A stretch of 59,763 bases of DNA, counting the filler. It is 4 parts of 4 records of this genome, joined end to end, with 100 filler letters (N's around TTAATTAATTAA, not from the genome) between each part and the next. Parts side by side here need not be neighbours in the genome. Positions count along the whole stretch, not along the records: positions 1 to 18,873 come from SRR22947727_440; 3 more parts are not named here. One strand, written 5' to 3'. Below are positions 1 to 10,050 of this stretch, piece by piece. The translations under genes were made by a program, and so were the position numbers. Each line of letters opens with the position of its first letter. The first letter of the stretch is position 1. The notes under the pieces are model-generated. The model did not search any database. It was given only the letters and a program-made list of their open reading frames with translations, and was not told the DNA's origin.

Positions 1-30
1 GGGGCAGATGGGGCAGATGGGGCAGATGGG
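1..30. repeat. Tandem 9-mer repeat (GGGGCAGAT)x3 + GGG at the window edge
   Basis: Directly visible: ggggcagat ggggcagat ggggcagat ggg; may continue beyond the window start. Confidence 0.85.
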
Positions 31-118
31 AGCCGAAAAAGGGCCCGATTTTTGGGAGTGGCGCAGATTTGAGATTTATCAAAACTGAAACTATTTTAGA
101 TATCCTTACTTTTTATAC

Positions 119-148
119 TTGCTAATGATAACCTGTAAGTAGTATAAT
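119..148 (+). promoter_or_regulatory. Putative sigma70 promoter of the dcw cluster
   Basis: TTGCTA (119-124), 18-nt spacer, TATAAT (143-148) in an AT-rich stretch upstream of rsmH. Confidence 0.45.
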
Positions 149-416
149 GATGCCTGCTTCATAGCTGAATCTATGGTAATTCTAAGAATTTCTTCTCTCG
201 GTTAGAAGTTTAAGGATCTCTGGAAGATTCTAACTCCCGCCAATCTTTTACGCAATTTTTATGATCATCCCCATCAAGCCCTGGTTAGAAAAAGACGACG
301 CGTCGACGCCGTCTGTAGAAGTCGATTCGTCGACTGATTGGAATGGCATGGCGCTTTCATCTTCGCTAGATATGGACGAACAAATCTCGCCAGAACCAAA
401 TCGAGGAGTCATTTCG

Positions 417-1361
417 ATGCCCGGAGCGGGTAATCGTGGTCCTCTGCCATTTTATCATCAGCCGGTGCTTTCTAATGAGGTGCTGCACGTTTTTCAGCCG
501 GCGATGGGGAAGCAGATTTTTGATGGCACGCTGGGTGGTGGCGGTCATACGGAAATGCTTTTGGAAGCGGGCGCTCATGTGATCGGGTGTGATCAGGATT
601 CTGAGGCGTTGGATTATGCGTCTGCTCGTCTTGAGCGTTTTGAAGATCAGTTTCTTCCGGTTCAGCAAAACTTTGGAAATTTAGATGCGGTTTTCGATGA
701 GCTGGGAATCGATAAGGTGGATGGGATTTTGCTGGATATCGGGGTGTCTTCTCGGCAGCTGGATTCTGCAGATCGAGGATTTTCGTTCATGAAAGACGGT
801 CCTCTCGACATGCGTATGAATCGTGACGCGGGTGAGTCCGCTGCTGATTTGGTCAATAATGCTGACGAAGATGAGTTGGCTCGCATTTTTCGCGACTACG
901 GCGAGGAGGAGATGTGGCGGAAGGCTGCTCGTCGCGTGGTTGAAGCTCGGGAGAAGTCTCCGATTGAAACAACGGCTCAGTTTTCAGAAGTGATTGCATC
1001 AGTCATTCCAAAGCGGAGTGCTAGGAATCCAGCAACGAAGGTTTTCCAGGCGTTGCGGATCGCTGTAAATGACGAGTTGGGTGTTTTGGAGACGGCTTTG
1101 GAGAAGGCTGCTGATCGGCTGCTTCCCGGTGGGTCGTTGGCGGTGATTACGTTTCACTCGTTGGAAGATCGGATTGTGAAGCAGTTTTTGAAGAACGCGA
1201 GTAAGAAAGAAATTGATCGTCCGGAGTGGCCTGAGCCGCGTCCGAATCCTGAATATCGCTACAATTTAGTCCAGCGGAAGGCAATTGAGCCATCTGCTGA
1301 GGAAGTCGCGGCAAATCCAAGGTCTCGAAGCGCCAAGCTGCGTGTTGGAGTTCGGATTTGA
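417..1361 (+). CDS. rsmH: 16S rRNA m4C1402 methyltransferase RsmH (MraW)
   Basis: HQPVL, DGTLGGGGH, DIGVSSRQLD..RGFSF..DGPLDMRM, FQALRIAVNDEL, ITFHSLEDRIVK, NPRSRSAKLR. ORF is open from 261, but ATG 417 has GAGGAG at 403-408. Confidence 0.97.
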   Translation: MPGAGNRGPLPFYHQPVLSNEVLHVFQPAMGKQIFDGTLGGGGHTEMLLEAGAHVIGCDQDSEALDYASARLERFEDQFLPVQQNFGNLDAVFDELGIDKVDGILLDIGVSSRQLDSADRGFSFMKDGPLDMRMNRDAGESAADLVNNADEDELARIFRDYGEEEMWRKAARRVVEAREKSPIETTAQFSEVIASVIPKRSARNPATKVFQALRIAVNDELGVLETALEKAADRLLPGGSLAVITFHSLEDRIVKQFLKNASKKEIDRPEWPEPRPNPEYRYNLVQRKAIEPSAEEVAANPRSRSAKLRVGVRI

Positions 1362-1405
1362 GGCGGTTGAAGTAACGCAAGAAACAACGAAACGAGGTTA
1401 GAGTT

Positions 1406-1768
1406 ATGGTTAAGAGAAATCGCTATCGGAATCCGTTGAAAACACCGGGATTGTTTCGGGTGCTTTTCATCTGTCTTGCTCTGGGTGGAATCGGCGCGTG
1501 TTTTGTGACGATCCGAAATCGCCACGTGACAAAGGGGAATGAAATCACGCAACGTGAACGCGAAATTGAACAGCTTGAACGCGAAATTGAAATGTGGGAA
1601 CTCCGTATCGCCGGGGTGATGGATCGTGCGGAATTGTCACGTCGTCTTCGTTGGAAGGGAAGTGATCTGCGGGACATTGATCCGCTGCGGGTTTGGAATA
1701 TCGAGCCTGTACGGCGGGATTTTCGTGAAATCGCCGGAATAGAAGTGGCGTTTGTGATGCAGCCTTAA
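1406..1768 (+). CDS. ftsL: FtsL-like cell division protein
   Basis: Basic N-terminus, single TM helix, coiled coil (REREIEQLEREIE); lies between rsmH and a PBP gene. Confidence 0.65.
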   Translation: MVKRNRYRNPLKTPGLFRVLFICLALGGIGACFVTIRNRHVTKGNEITQREREIEQLEREIEMWELRIAGVMDRAELSRRLRWKGSDLRDIDPLRVWNIEPVRRDFREIAGIEVAFVMQP

Positions 1769-1783
1769 GCGAAATTTTACAAT

Positions 1784-3736
1784 TTGGACAAGTCTTTAAA
1801 AACGCGACTGATTATTGCCTGTGTGGCGCTGACCGGGGGATTGAGCCTTCTGTCGGCGCGTTTGGTGTACGTTCAGGTGGTGGATCATGAGTGCTATTCT
1901 CTGCAGGCAAAGGCGAAATACGTTCATAAGGAAACGTTGACACCTTCGCGTGGGCGAATCCTTGATCGGAATGGTGAGTTGCTGGCGCGGAATCAAACCG
2001 TTTACTCGTTGGTAGTCGATTGTTTTCAGGTGCGTGACATGGGAGTAGCATGTCTTGCTTTGGCAAAAGAAGAGTCGGAGCGGACAGGGAAGCCGGTTTC
2101 AGCAAGGGCGATGAAGCGTCGTTACGAGCGTGCCATTCGGATTGGAAAATCCATGGAGTCGCGGACAGACGAACTGCAGTCGCTCTATCTTGGTCGGATC
2201 AATGAAGTGTTGGCGCCGCAGTTGCGGGTACCCAAGCATGAATTGGCCAAGTTGTTGAAGTCGAAAGATAAAGGCGAGATTGTTCTGGCGAAATACATCG
2301 AGGATGATTTTTATCGTGACCTTCAGGATATACTGGACGAGAACCGTCTTGGTGGAATCTATCTCCGAAAAGGGGAGCGTCGTTTTTATCCAAGTCCGCT
2401 GGCATTGACTCACGTGATGGGATACATGGGTGAGAGAGACGGCGAGGAAAATGTTGGGATTTACGAAGGAAAAGAGGGAATCGAGAAGGTGTTCAACGAT
2501 GCGATGACCGGCACAGCGGGATACCGCTACATCGAGCGCGACCGGAAGACTCGTGAGATCCATGCCTTTCGCGGTGAAGAGCAGTTGCCGGTTGCCGGTA
2601 ACAATGTGCGACTTACCATCGACATGGGATTGCAGGTGATGGTGGAGGAGAAAATGGAAGAGGCCGTCGAAAAATTTGCTCCGGAAAAGATCACTACAAT
2701 TTGGATGGACCCCCGAAATGGTGAGGTGTTGGCGATGGCCAGTCGTCCGCATTTTGATTTGGAATCACGAAAAGGAATTCGCCGAAATGCTGCGGTTTCT
2801 GATACTTACGAGCCGGGCTCAACTTTCAAGATTGTTGCCTACGGCGCTGCTTATGATAAGGGCTTGATTACGCCAACAAGTCCAATTTTCTGTCATTGGG
2901 GCAAATACAATTTGGAAGGTTTTGTCTTAAATGATCACCATCCTTACGGTGAGTTGTCGGCGGAAATGGGTTTTGCCAAATCGAGTAATATCTCTGCTTA
3001 CATGGTTGCTCGCGGTCTGAATAAAGATCTCTTTCGTCACTACATTTCTGAATTTGGATTTGGGAAGAAAACCGGGATTGAACTGACTGCGGAAAGTGCA
3101 GGAATAAATTCTAAGGTGAGCACTTGGAATGCCTCGTCGTTCTCCTCTAAGGCAATGGGCTATTCTGTTGCTGTTACGCCATTGCAGATGATCACGGCAA
3201 TGGGGGTGATTGCGAATGGCGGAGGATATCAGGCCCCTACGATTTTGAAGGCCGTAGAAACTCAGGAAGGGAAAGTGATTCAACGACCGGAGCGCAAAGC
3301 CCAAACGCGGGTGATCAGTCAGCGTGCGGCGAGCTACATGGTTCGGTCGATGAAGAAAGTAATGGGTGAAGGGGGAACCGGTTCTAAGGGAGCGTTTCCA
3401 GGCTATACCATTGCTGCCAAGACGGGAACTGCGCGCAAGAATGTCGAAGGTGTCGGTTATGTGACCGGACGTTACGTAGTGTCGTTCATGGGTTTTTTCC
3501 CGGCGGACGATCCCCAGTTGATGGGCATCGTGATTGTCGATGACCCACACGCAACTGGAGTGAATTTGTATGGCGGAACGATTGCGGGTCCGATTTTTGC
3601 GGAAATGGGCAAAGGGGCTGTGAAGCTGCTCGGGATTACTCCGGATAAGCCGGAAGAGCTTCGCGACGAATTGAACAAGATGGATCCGATTGAACTGACT
3701 AATCGGAACGATGCAAACGGGGCTGCGGGTGAGTGA
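1784..3736 (+). CDS. ftsI: Class B penicillin-binding protein (FtsI/PBP3)
   Basis: N-terminal TM, RGRILDRNG, YEPGSTFK (SxxK), KSSN (SxN), KTGT. Confidence 0.93.
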   Translation: MDKSLKTRLIIACVALTGGLSLLSARLVYVQVVDHECYSLQAKAKYVHKETLTPSRGRILDRNGELLARNQTVYSLVVDCFQVRDMGVACLALAKEESERTGKPVSARAMKRRYERAIRIGKSMESRTDELQSLYLGRINEVLAPQLRVPKHELAKLLKSKDKGEIVLAKYIEDDFYRDLQDILDENRLGGIYLRKGERRFYPSPLALTHVMGYMGERDGEENVGIYEGKEGIEKVFNDAMTGTAGYRYIERDRKTREIHAFRGEEQLPVAGNNVRLTIDMGLQVMVEEKMEEAVEKFAPEKITTIWMDPRNGEVLAMASRPHFDLESRKGIRRNAAVSDTYEPGSTFKIVAYGAAYDKGLITPTSPIFCHWGKYNLEGFVLNDHHPYGELSAEMGFAKSSNISAYMVARGLNKDLFRHYISEFGFGKKTGIELTAESAGINSKVSTWNASSFSSKAMGYSVAVTPLQMITAMGVIANGGGYQAPTILKAVETQEGKVIQRPERKAQTRVISQRAASYMVRSMKKVMGEGGTGSKGAFPGYTIAAKTGTARKNVEGVGYVTGRYVVSFMGFFPADDPQLMGIVIVDDPHATGVNLYGGTIAGPIFAEMGKGAVKLLGITPDKPEELRDELNKMDPIELTNRNDANGAAGE

Positions 3737-5229
3737 GTGGGAATACGGGTATGAAACTTGAGGACGTCATTAAAAGCACCCAGATCAAATCGGTTACCGG
3801 TTCGCTGAATGATCACGCGATTGAGCGTGTCGACTACGATTCGCGGCAAGTGAAGCCGGGGTCGCTTTTTTGCGCCCTTAGCGGAAAAGAAGCGGACGGG
3901 AATGAGTTCATCCCGAAGGCGCTGGAAAATGGTGCATCAGCAATCCTTTCTGAAAAATCATTTCCAGCGAACACCTCGGTTCCTTGGTTGCAGGTCGATA
4001 ACGCTCGCGCGGCGATGGCGACGTGTGCGGCGGAGTTGTATGAAAATCCATCTCACGAAATGCCGGTGGTCGGAGTGACGGGAACGAACGGGAAAACGAC
4101 CACGGCTTTTTTGATTCACTATTTGATGGAGGCGAGTTTGCGCCGGGCAGGGATGCTGGGGACGGTTCATTATCAGATTGCAGATGAAGTGCAGGTCGCA
4201 TCACGGACGACTCCCGAGTCGACGGATGTTCACCGTATGCTGCGTGAAATGCGGGATGCGGATTGTCGCGCAGCGGTGATGGAAGTAGCTTCTCACGGAC
4301 TGGCGCAGCATCGCGTTGGCGGCGTGAAGTTCGCGGCCGGTGTCTTCACCAACCTGACTCAGGATCACCTCGATTACCACGAGACGATGGATGCGTATTT
4401 CGATGCGAAGAAACGACTTTTCCAGCAGATGGCTGCACAAGACGATGAGCCAACGATGATCGTGAATTTTGATGATTCGTATGGAAAGCGTCTTTTGAAG
4501 GCTCCGATCGGCGGGGTGAAGAAACTCACCTTCGGTCAGAGCGCGGGTTGCGATTTCAGGGTGGCTGGGATCAAACCGGATTTGAACGGAACCCAGTTTC
4601 AACTGTATATTAAAGGGCGTCAGCTTCTCGTGAAAATTCCGCTGATTGGCACATTTAATGTATACAACTGTCTTGCTGCGTTGGCTGCGGCTCAGTCGAT
4701 CAATTTGAATGTTCGAGAAGCGATCTCAAACCTGGAGAATGCGCCTCAGGTGCCGGGTAGAATGGAAGCGGTCGATGGCGATCGTCGGATCAATTATCGT
4801 GTCTTTGTCGATTATGCTCACACTCCGGATGCTCTGGAGAACGCTTTGAAAACAGCACGCGATCTTCGTCCGAATCGGTTGATCACAGTTTTTGGCTGCG
4901 GTGGTGACCGCGATGTTCGCAAGCGTCCCTTGATGGGAAAAGCAGCGGACACAGCTTCTGACTTGTCGATTCTGACCTTAGATAATCCACGAACCGAAGA
5001 CCCTGCAAAAATCCTTCGCGATACTGAGTCAGGGATGAACGGAAATTACAAAGTGATCGAAGATAGGCGCGAGGCCATTGAGTTCGCGATCAGCCTCGCG
5101 GGCGAACGGGACATCGTAGTCATCGCTGGCAAAGGTCATGAGGACTATCAAGAGATCAATGGCGTGAAGCATGATTTCGATGATCGGAAAGTCGCGGGTG
5201 AGTGCATTCGTGCTCGGTCTGAGGACTAA
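3733..5229 (+). CDS. murE: UDP-MurNAc-L-Ala-D-Glu:meso-DAP ligase MurE
   Basis: GVTGTNGKTT, TTPES, FTNLTQDHLDYH, VDYAHTPD, FGCGGDRD, DNPR (DAP-type motif), AGKGHE. Confidence 0.97.
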   Translation: MSGNTGMKLEDVIKSTQIKSVTGSLNDHAIERVDYDSRQVKPGSLFCALSGKEADGNEFIPKALENGASAILSEKSFPANTSVPWLQVDNARAAMATCAAELYENPSHEMPVVGVTGTNGKTTTAFLIHYLMEASLRRAGMLGTVHYQIADEVQVASRTTPESTDVHRMLREMRDADCRAAVMEVASHGLAQHRVGGVKFAAGVFTNLTQDHLDYHETMDAYFDAKKRLFQQMAAQDDEPTMIVNFDDSYGKRLLKAPIGGVKKLTFGQSAGCDFRVAGIKPDLNGTQFQLYIKGRQLLVKIPLIGTFNVYNCLAALAAAQSINLNVREAISNLENAPQVPGRMEAVDGDRRINYRVFVDYAHTPDALENALKTARDLRPNRLITVFGCGGDRDVRKRPLMGKAADTASDLSILTLDNPRTEDPAKILRDTESGMNGNYKVIEDRREAIEFAISLAGERDIVVIAGKGHEDYQEINGVKHDFDDRKVAGECIRARSED

Positions 5230-5261
5230 CTAATTGATAATTTCGAAACGTTTTTACTAGC

Positions 5262-6614
5262 ATGAACCAAATTTCGTTAAAACAGATGGCCGAATGGGCC
5301 GGTGGAGCCTTGATTCAAGGTGTGCCGTCGGACTGTGTCGGGGCTGTTTCGACGGACACGCGCAAGTTGTCTGAGGGTGACACTTTTCTCGCGCTGAAAG
5401 GTGACAATTTCGATGGTCATGAATTTGTGAAGACCGCTCAGGAAGTTGGAGTTGCGGCCATCATTGTAAGCAATTTGGTAAAAGACACAGAGTCGTTCGA
5501 GGGCGGAATCATTCACGTGCGAGACACGCTGGTTGCGCTGCAAATGCTCGCGAAGAATTATCGGGAGTCGCTCGATATCTTTGCTATTGGTGTGACTGGG
5601 AGCAATGGGAAGACATCAACCAAGGATTTCCTCAAAACGATTCTGGCAAAGGCGGGTCCAGTCAATGCGACGCTTGGTAACCTGAATAATCATATCGGAC
5701 TGCCGCTTACGATTCTGAATTCAACCGACGAACATAAATTCGGTGTTTGGGAGATGGGAATGAACCACCCCGGAGAGATTGAAGTCCTGGCAGATATTGC
5801 CGCTCCGAACGCAGGCATCATCACGAACATCGGAACGGCCCATATCGAGCACATGAAAACCCGCGAGGCAATTGCGGAGGAAAAAGGTCAGCTCGCTGAA
5901 ATGGTTGAGAGCTGTGGATTTTTCGTAATGCCCGCAAACGACGATTTCGCGGAAGCGATTGCCGGACGTAGTGCAGCAAGAATGATTGCCGTTGGAATTG
6001 GTGAAGGTGATGTTCAGGCCGGAAACCTCATCGCCACCGGCGAGGGGACTTTCTTTGATGTCATTGCCGGTGGAAAGCGTGTTTCAACTTCGATTCGAGT
6101 AGCTGGCGAACACATGGTGATGAATGCGCTTCTTGGAGTTGCTGTTGCCCTTGAATTGGGAGTCGATCTCGAAACAATTGGATCAGGACTTTCAGAAGCG
6201 GAGCTGACCCGTGGTCGTTTGCAACGTCGTGAAGTGAACGGCGTTCAGTTTATCGATGACAGCTATAATGCGAATCCTGATTCGATGCGGGCAGCCCTAA
6301 AAACTTTATCGTCTACTGAAACGGCAGGACGGCGTATCGCAGTGTTAGGATTCATGGGCGAACTCGGTGAGCATGAAGAAGCCGAGCATAAATTGCTTGG
6401 TGAAGCAGTTGCTGAAGCAGGAGTTGATCTCCTTGTCACGGTTTCAGAAAAAGCAAAACTCATCGCAGAAAGCGGTGGCAGTGATCATGCCTTCGACGAT
6501 CACGAAGCGGCTGGAAATTTTCTGAAATCCGAACTCAAACCAGGTGATCTCGTTCTGGTGAAGGGGAGTCGCGCCGCGACAATGGAAAAAGTGATCGAGC
6601 AATTTTCAAAATAG
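5262..6614 (+). CDS. murF: MurF D-Ala-D-Ala adding ligase
   Basis: GVTGSNGKTSTK, NNHIGLPLT, EMGMNHPGEI, DDSYNANPDSM, LVKGSR. Confidence 0.97.
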   Translation: MNQISLKQMAEWAGGALIQGVPSDCVGAVSTDTRKLSEGDTFLALKGDNFDGHEFVKTAQEVGVAAIIVSNLVKDTESFEGGIIHVRDTLVALQMLAKNYRESLDIFAIGVTGSNGKTSTKDFLKTILAKAGPVNATLGNLNNHIGLPLTILNSTDEHKFGVWEMGMNHPGEIEVLADIAAPNAGIITNIGTAHIEHMKTREAIAEEKGQLAEMVESCGFFVMPANDDFAEAIAGRSAARMIAVGIGEGDVQAGNLIATGEGTFFDVIAGGKRVSTSIRVAGEHMVMNALLGVAVALELGVDLETIGSGLSEAELTRGRLQRREVNGVQFIDDSYNANPDSMRAALKTLSSTETAGRRIAVLGFMGELGEHEEAEHKLLGEAVAEAGVDLLVTVSEKAKLIAESGGSDHAFDDHEAAGNFLKSELKPGDLVLVKGSRAATMEKVIEQFSK

Positions 6615-6623
6615 ACCTGAACG

Positions 6624-7787
6624 ATGTTATACTACCTTCATCTACTTGATGACCCAAATAAGCAGGAGTGGTTCGACTTTCTCCGCTTGTTTCAATTCGG
6701 TACGTTCCGTGCGGCGGGTGCGTGTTTGACTGCATTTTTGATTTCTCTTTTGTTGGGCGAGAAAGTGATTCTCAAGCTGACTTCTTTAAAAGTGGGGCAG
6801 CCCATTCGCACCGCAGATGAAGTTCACAAACTTGCCGAACTGCACGGTGGTAAAGTGGGAACTCCGACAATGGGAGGAATCTTAATTGTTGCGGCCGTTT
6901 TGTTTTCGGTTTTCCTCTGGGCGAAGCCAACGAACCCGTTTATTGCCGCGTTGGTTTTTGTAACCTTTGGAACAGCGATTCTAGGATTCATTGATGACTA
7001 CAAAAAGGTCACTAAAAAGACATCTGACGGTGTTAGCGGAAAGACAAAATTAATTGTTCAACTCGTGGTGGCTTTTGTAGCGGTCCTTTTTCTCTACCTC
7101 TACGATCATAAAGATTACGGTTGGGTGGATCCTATTATCGGAAAAGATGGCACAGTTCATTCCGTTTCAAACCATATTCAACAGCTTTGGGTGCCGTTTA
7201 AAAAAGAGCCTTTTGCGGGTGGCTTGTGGTTGGTGTTTTTGCTTCCAGTCGTGATTGTCGGCTGCTCAAATGCAGTGAACCTCACGGATGGTCTCGACGG
7301 ATTGGCGACGGGATGCACGCTTACAACGGTCGCTGCCTATTCGGGTTTAACTTTCATCGTCGGGAACTCGGTCGTGTCGAATTACCTCTTCATGCCGTTT
7401 CATCCTCAGGAGGGTGAGGTCGCTATTTTCTGCACGGCGCTGCTTGGTTCGTGCCTCGGCTTCCTTTGGTTTAATTGTCATCCGGCTCGTGTTTTCATGG
7501 GAGATACCGGTTCACTTTCCATTGGTGGGATGTTGGGAATGATCGCGATTTGCTGCAAGCAGGAGATTCTGCTCGTCATTATTGGAGGTGTTTTTGTGAT
7601 GGAAGCCGCTTCAGTAATGATTCAGGTCGCGAGTTTCAAAACGCGCGGGAAGCGAGTTTTCAAGATGTCACCCATTCACCATCACTTCGAACTCATAGGG
7701 TGGTCAGAGACGAAAGTGATCAATCGATTTTGGATCATTTCAATCATTTGCGCACTCGTTGGAATAGCGACTTTGAAGATACGTTAG
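6624..7787 (+). CDS. mraY: Phospho-MurNAc-pentapeptide transferase MraY
   Basis: GTPTMGG, GFIDDYKK, NAVNLTDGLDGL, FMGDTGS, PIHHHFE; multiple TM helices. Confidence 0.98.
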   Translation: MLYYLHLLDDPNKQEWFDFLRLFQFGTFRAAGACLTAFLISLLLGEKVILKLTSLKVGQPIRTADEVHKLAELHGGKVGTPTMGGILIVAAVLFSVFLWAKPTNPFIAALVFVTFGTAILGFIDDYKKVTKKTSDGVSGKTKLIVQLVVAFVAVLFLYLYDHKDYGWVDPIIGKDGTVHSVSNHIQQLWVPFKKEPFAGGLWLVFLLPVVIVGCSNAVNLTDGLDGLATGCTLTTVAAYSGLTFIVGNSVVSNYLFMPFHPQEGEVAIFCTALLGSCLGFLWFNCHPARVFMGDTGSLSIGGMLGMIAICCKQEILLVIIGGVFVMEAASVMIQVASFKTRGKRVFKMSPIHHHFELIGWSETKVINRFWIISIICALVGIATLKIR

Positions 7788-7805
7788 GAAAAACTGAATC
7801 AATTT

Positions 7806-9128
7806 ATGAATTTGTCAGGACAGAACATTGCCATCCTCGGCGCCGGAACCAGCGGGTTTGCGGCGGCCGAACTCGCGCGTTCGCGCGGGGCTGGAATGGT
7901 CCGTGTTTATGACTCTGGCGATGCCGAGAAACTGGCGCCTCGTAAATCAGTGTTCGCGGAAATCGGAGTGGATTCGGTTTTCGGTGAGGCAGCACTAAGT
8001 GCGCCTGCAAATACCGACCTTACCATTATCAGTCCGGGAATCGATGCCGGGTGGCCTATCGGAAAAGCGTTCGCCGATACAGGGGTTCCGCTTATTGGTG
8101 AGATCGAATTCGCTTGGCAGTGCAACCCGGACACTCCCGTCATAGCGATTACGGGAACGAACGGCAAAACGACAACGACAGAACTTACTGCCGATATTTT
8201 GAATGGAGTCGGCTTGAAAGCGGTCGCCGCTGGAAATGTGGGAACGGCTTATGCCGAGGTCGTTCTCTCTGGAGTAGATTACGATGCCATTGTCGTCGAG
8301 GTCAGCTCGTTTCAACTCGAAACGATTGCGACATTCCGCCCTTCGGTTGCCTTGTGGATGAATTTTGCGGCGGATCACATGGATCGCTATACGGCTCTTG
8401 AGGATTATCGAAATGCCAAGCTGCGGATCTTTGAAAATCAAACTGCCGATGATTTTGCGATTGTAAAATCAGGGGAGGTGATTGAAACCGTTGCGCAGAA
8501 AATCACCTTTAGCGGATTCTCAGATGATGCCGATCTGACTTTAAATGATGGCACGATTTTTTATCATGCCGATTCGATTTTGGAATTCCGCTCAACCCGA
8601 TTGAACGGAAAGCACAACGCTGAAAACGTCATGGCGGCGATGGCTGCCGTTCAGTGCCGCGGAATCGAATACGGGGCTATGGAAGAAACGATTCGCTCGT
8701 TTCAGGCGCCTCCGCATCGTTGTGAAATCGTTGCTACAGTAGCTGACGTCACCTTCGTAAATGATTCCAAAGCGACCAACCTTCACGCACTCGAAAGCTC
8801 GCTGCGAGGCCAGGAAGCGCCCGTGATCCTGATCGTCGGCGGAAAAGACAAAGGGCTCGATTACAACGAAATCACTCCAATCGTTGGAGGTGCTACGACT
8901 CGGATATTTTGCATTGGCGAGATGCGTGAACGAATTTTTGAAGCGTGGAAAGACGTCGCTGCTTGTGAAATTAGCGACTCTCTCGAAAGCGCAGTGAACT
9001 CGGCTGCTTCCGCCGCAACGAAGGGGCAAACGGTCCTCTTCTCGCCCGGAACTTCGAGTTTCGACATGTTTTCCAGCTATGGCGAACGGGGGGAAGCCTT
9101 CCGAGCTGCAGTCAACCATTTGAACTGA
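7806..9128 (+). CDS. murD: UDP-MurNAc-L-Ala:D-Glu ligase MurD
   Basis: ITGTNGKTTT, GNVG, EVSSFQLE, DHMDRY, NDSKATN, GGKDKG, SFDMF..YGERG. Confidence 0.97.
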   Translation: MNLSGQNIAILGAGTSGFAAAELARSRGAGMVRVYDSGDAEKLAPRKSVFAEIGVDSVFGEAALSAPANTDLTIISPGIDAGWPIGKAFADTGVPLIGEIEFAWQCNPDTPVIAITGTNGKTTTTELTADILNGVGLKAVAAGNVGTAYAEVVLSGVDYDAIVVEVSSFQLETIATFRPSVALWMNFAADHMDRYTALEDYRNAKLRIFENQTADDFAIVKSGEVIETVAQKITFSGFSDDADLTLNDGTIFYHADSILEFRSTRLNGKHNAENVMAAMAAVQCRGIEYGAMEETIRSFQAPPHRCEIVATVADVTFVNDSKATNLHALESSLRGQEAPVILIVGGKDKGLDYNEITPIVGGATTRIFCIGEMRERIFEAWKDVAACEISDSLESAVNSAASAATKGQTVLFSPGTSSFDMFSSYGERGEAFRAAVNHLN

Positions 9129-9158
9129 CCTTCAATCTAACAGAACAACAACCCAGTT

Positions 9159-9989
9159 ATGAACAACAAACGTAGAAATAGAAAATCGGATCGCGGGATT
9201 CGGAGTGGTGTATTCGGGCGGCTTTTCGCTCAGACAAAACTTCCAGCCCATGTGACAGAGGAACAGGATTGGTATCTCGATACTCCCGACGTGCGACTCA
9301 CACGCGTGTTTACGATCGTGCTGATCCTTCACGTGGTTGCCGTCGGTGGCATCCTTGCTTTTAAAATGATCGAAAAAGCAACGACCCCGGGTTCAGTCGC
9401 GACGGTTTCGACCCCTGCGGCAACGGCATCTGCTCGGAATGAATCAACTGCTCCAGCACCTGCGACGACAAACGAAATTGCAGCTGGTGGCCAAGCTACT
9501 CCTGCTGTTGTTGCCACTGATTCCGCTCCCGGCGTAATTGAATATCGCGTTGCTGGAACTGAGTCTCTCGTCGATATTTCAAGGAAAATGGGTGTGTCGG
9601 TCGCTGCGATCAAAGCGGAGAATGATATTTCAAACGGCTTTCGGCCTGGTGATTGGATTCGCGTAACGAGCAAGAAAATAGCGGTTGCAACCGCTGCGCC
9701 AGAAGTTGCAGGTTCTCGGCCTGCTGCAACGACCGCTGTTGCCGCTGCACGAGTAGACAATTCTGCTCCAGCGCTCGCTCCGGTTGCCGCAACGCGTCGT
9801 CCGGCATCTGCGTCCGCCGCTGCTGCACCCACGACGGCACCGAAGACTTACGTTGTTAAAAAAGGCGACACTGCTTATGGTATTGCACGCAAGTTCGGCG
9901 TCAAACACACCACGTTAATGGCCGAAAACGGAATCAGCCTTCCTGAGTTAATGCAACTCGGACAGACGCTCAAGATCCCCGGTAACTGA
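9159..9989 (+). CDS. Membrane-anchored LysM peptidoglycan-binding protein (two LysM-like domains, Ala/Thr/Pro linkers)
   Basis: TM segment, degenerate LysM (YRVAGTESLVDISRKMGVSVAAIKAEN) and canonical C-terminal LysM (YVVKKGDTAYGIARKFGV...LKIP). Confidence 0.88.
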   Translation: MNNKRRNRKSDRGIRSGVFGRLFAQTKLPAHVTEEQDWYLDTPDVRLTRVFTIVLILHVVAVGGILAFKMIEKATTPGSVATVSTPAATASARNESTAPAPATTNEIAAGGQATPAVVATDSAPGVIEYRVAGTESLVDISRKMGVSVAAIKAENDISNGFRPGDWIRVTSKKIAVATAAPEVAGSRPAATTAVAAARVDNSAPALAPVAATRRPASASAAAAPTTAPKTYVVKKGDTAYGIARKFGVKHTTLMAENGISLPELMQLGQTLKIPGN

Positions 9990-10018
9990 AATTCGCTACC
10001 ACGATCCCCTTGTTGGAT

Positions 10019-10045
10019 CGATGAACTTACCCTGTTGATTCGTAA
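10019..10045. repeat. Half copy of a REP-like palindromic repeat
   Basis: 10029-10045 ACCCTGTTGATTCGTAA matches the reverse complement of 12301-12317 at 16/17; 10019-10042 matches half of the 18828-18870 element at 20/24. Confidence 0.65.
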
Positions 10046-10050
10046 ATCGC

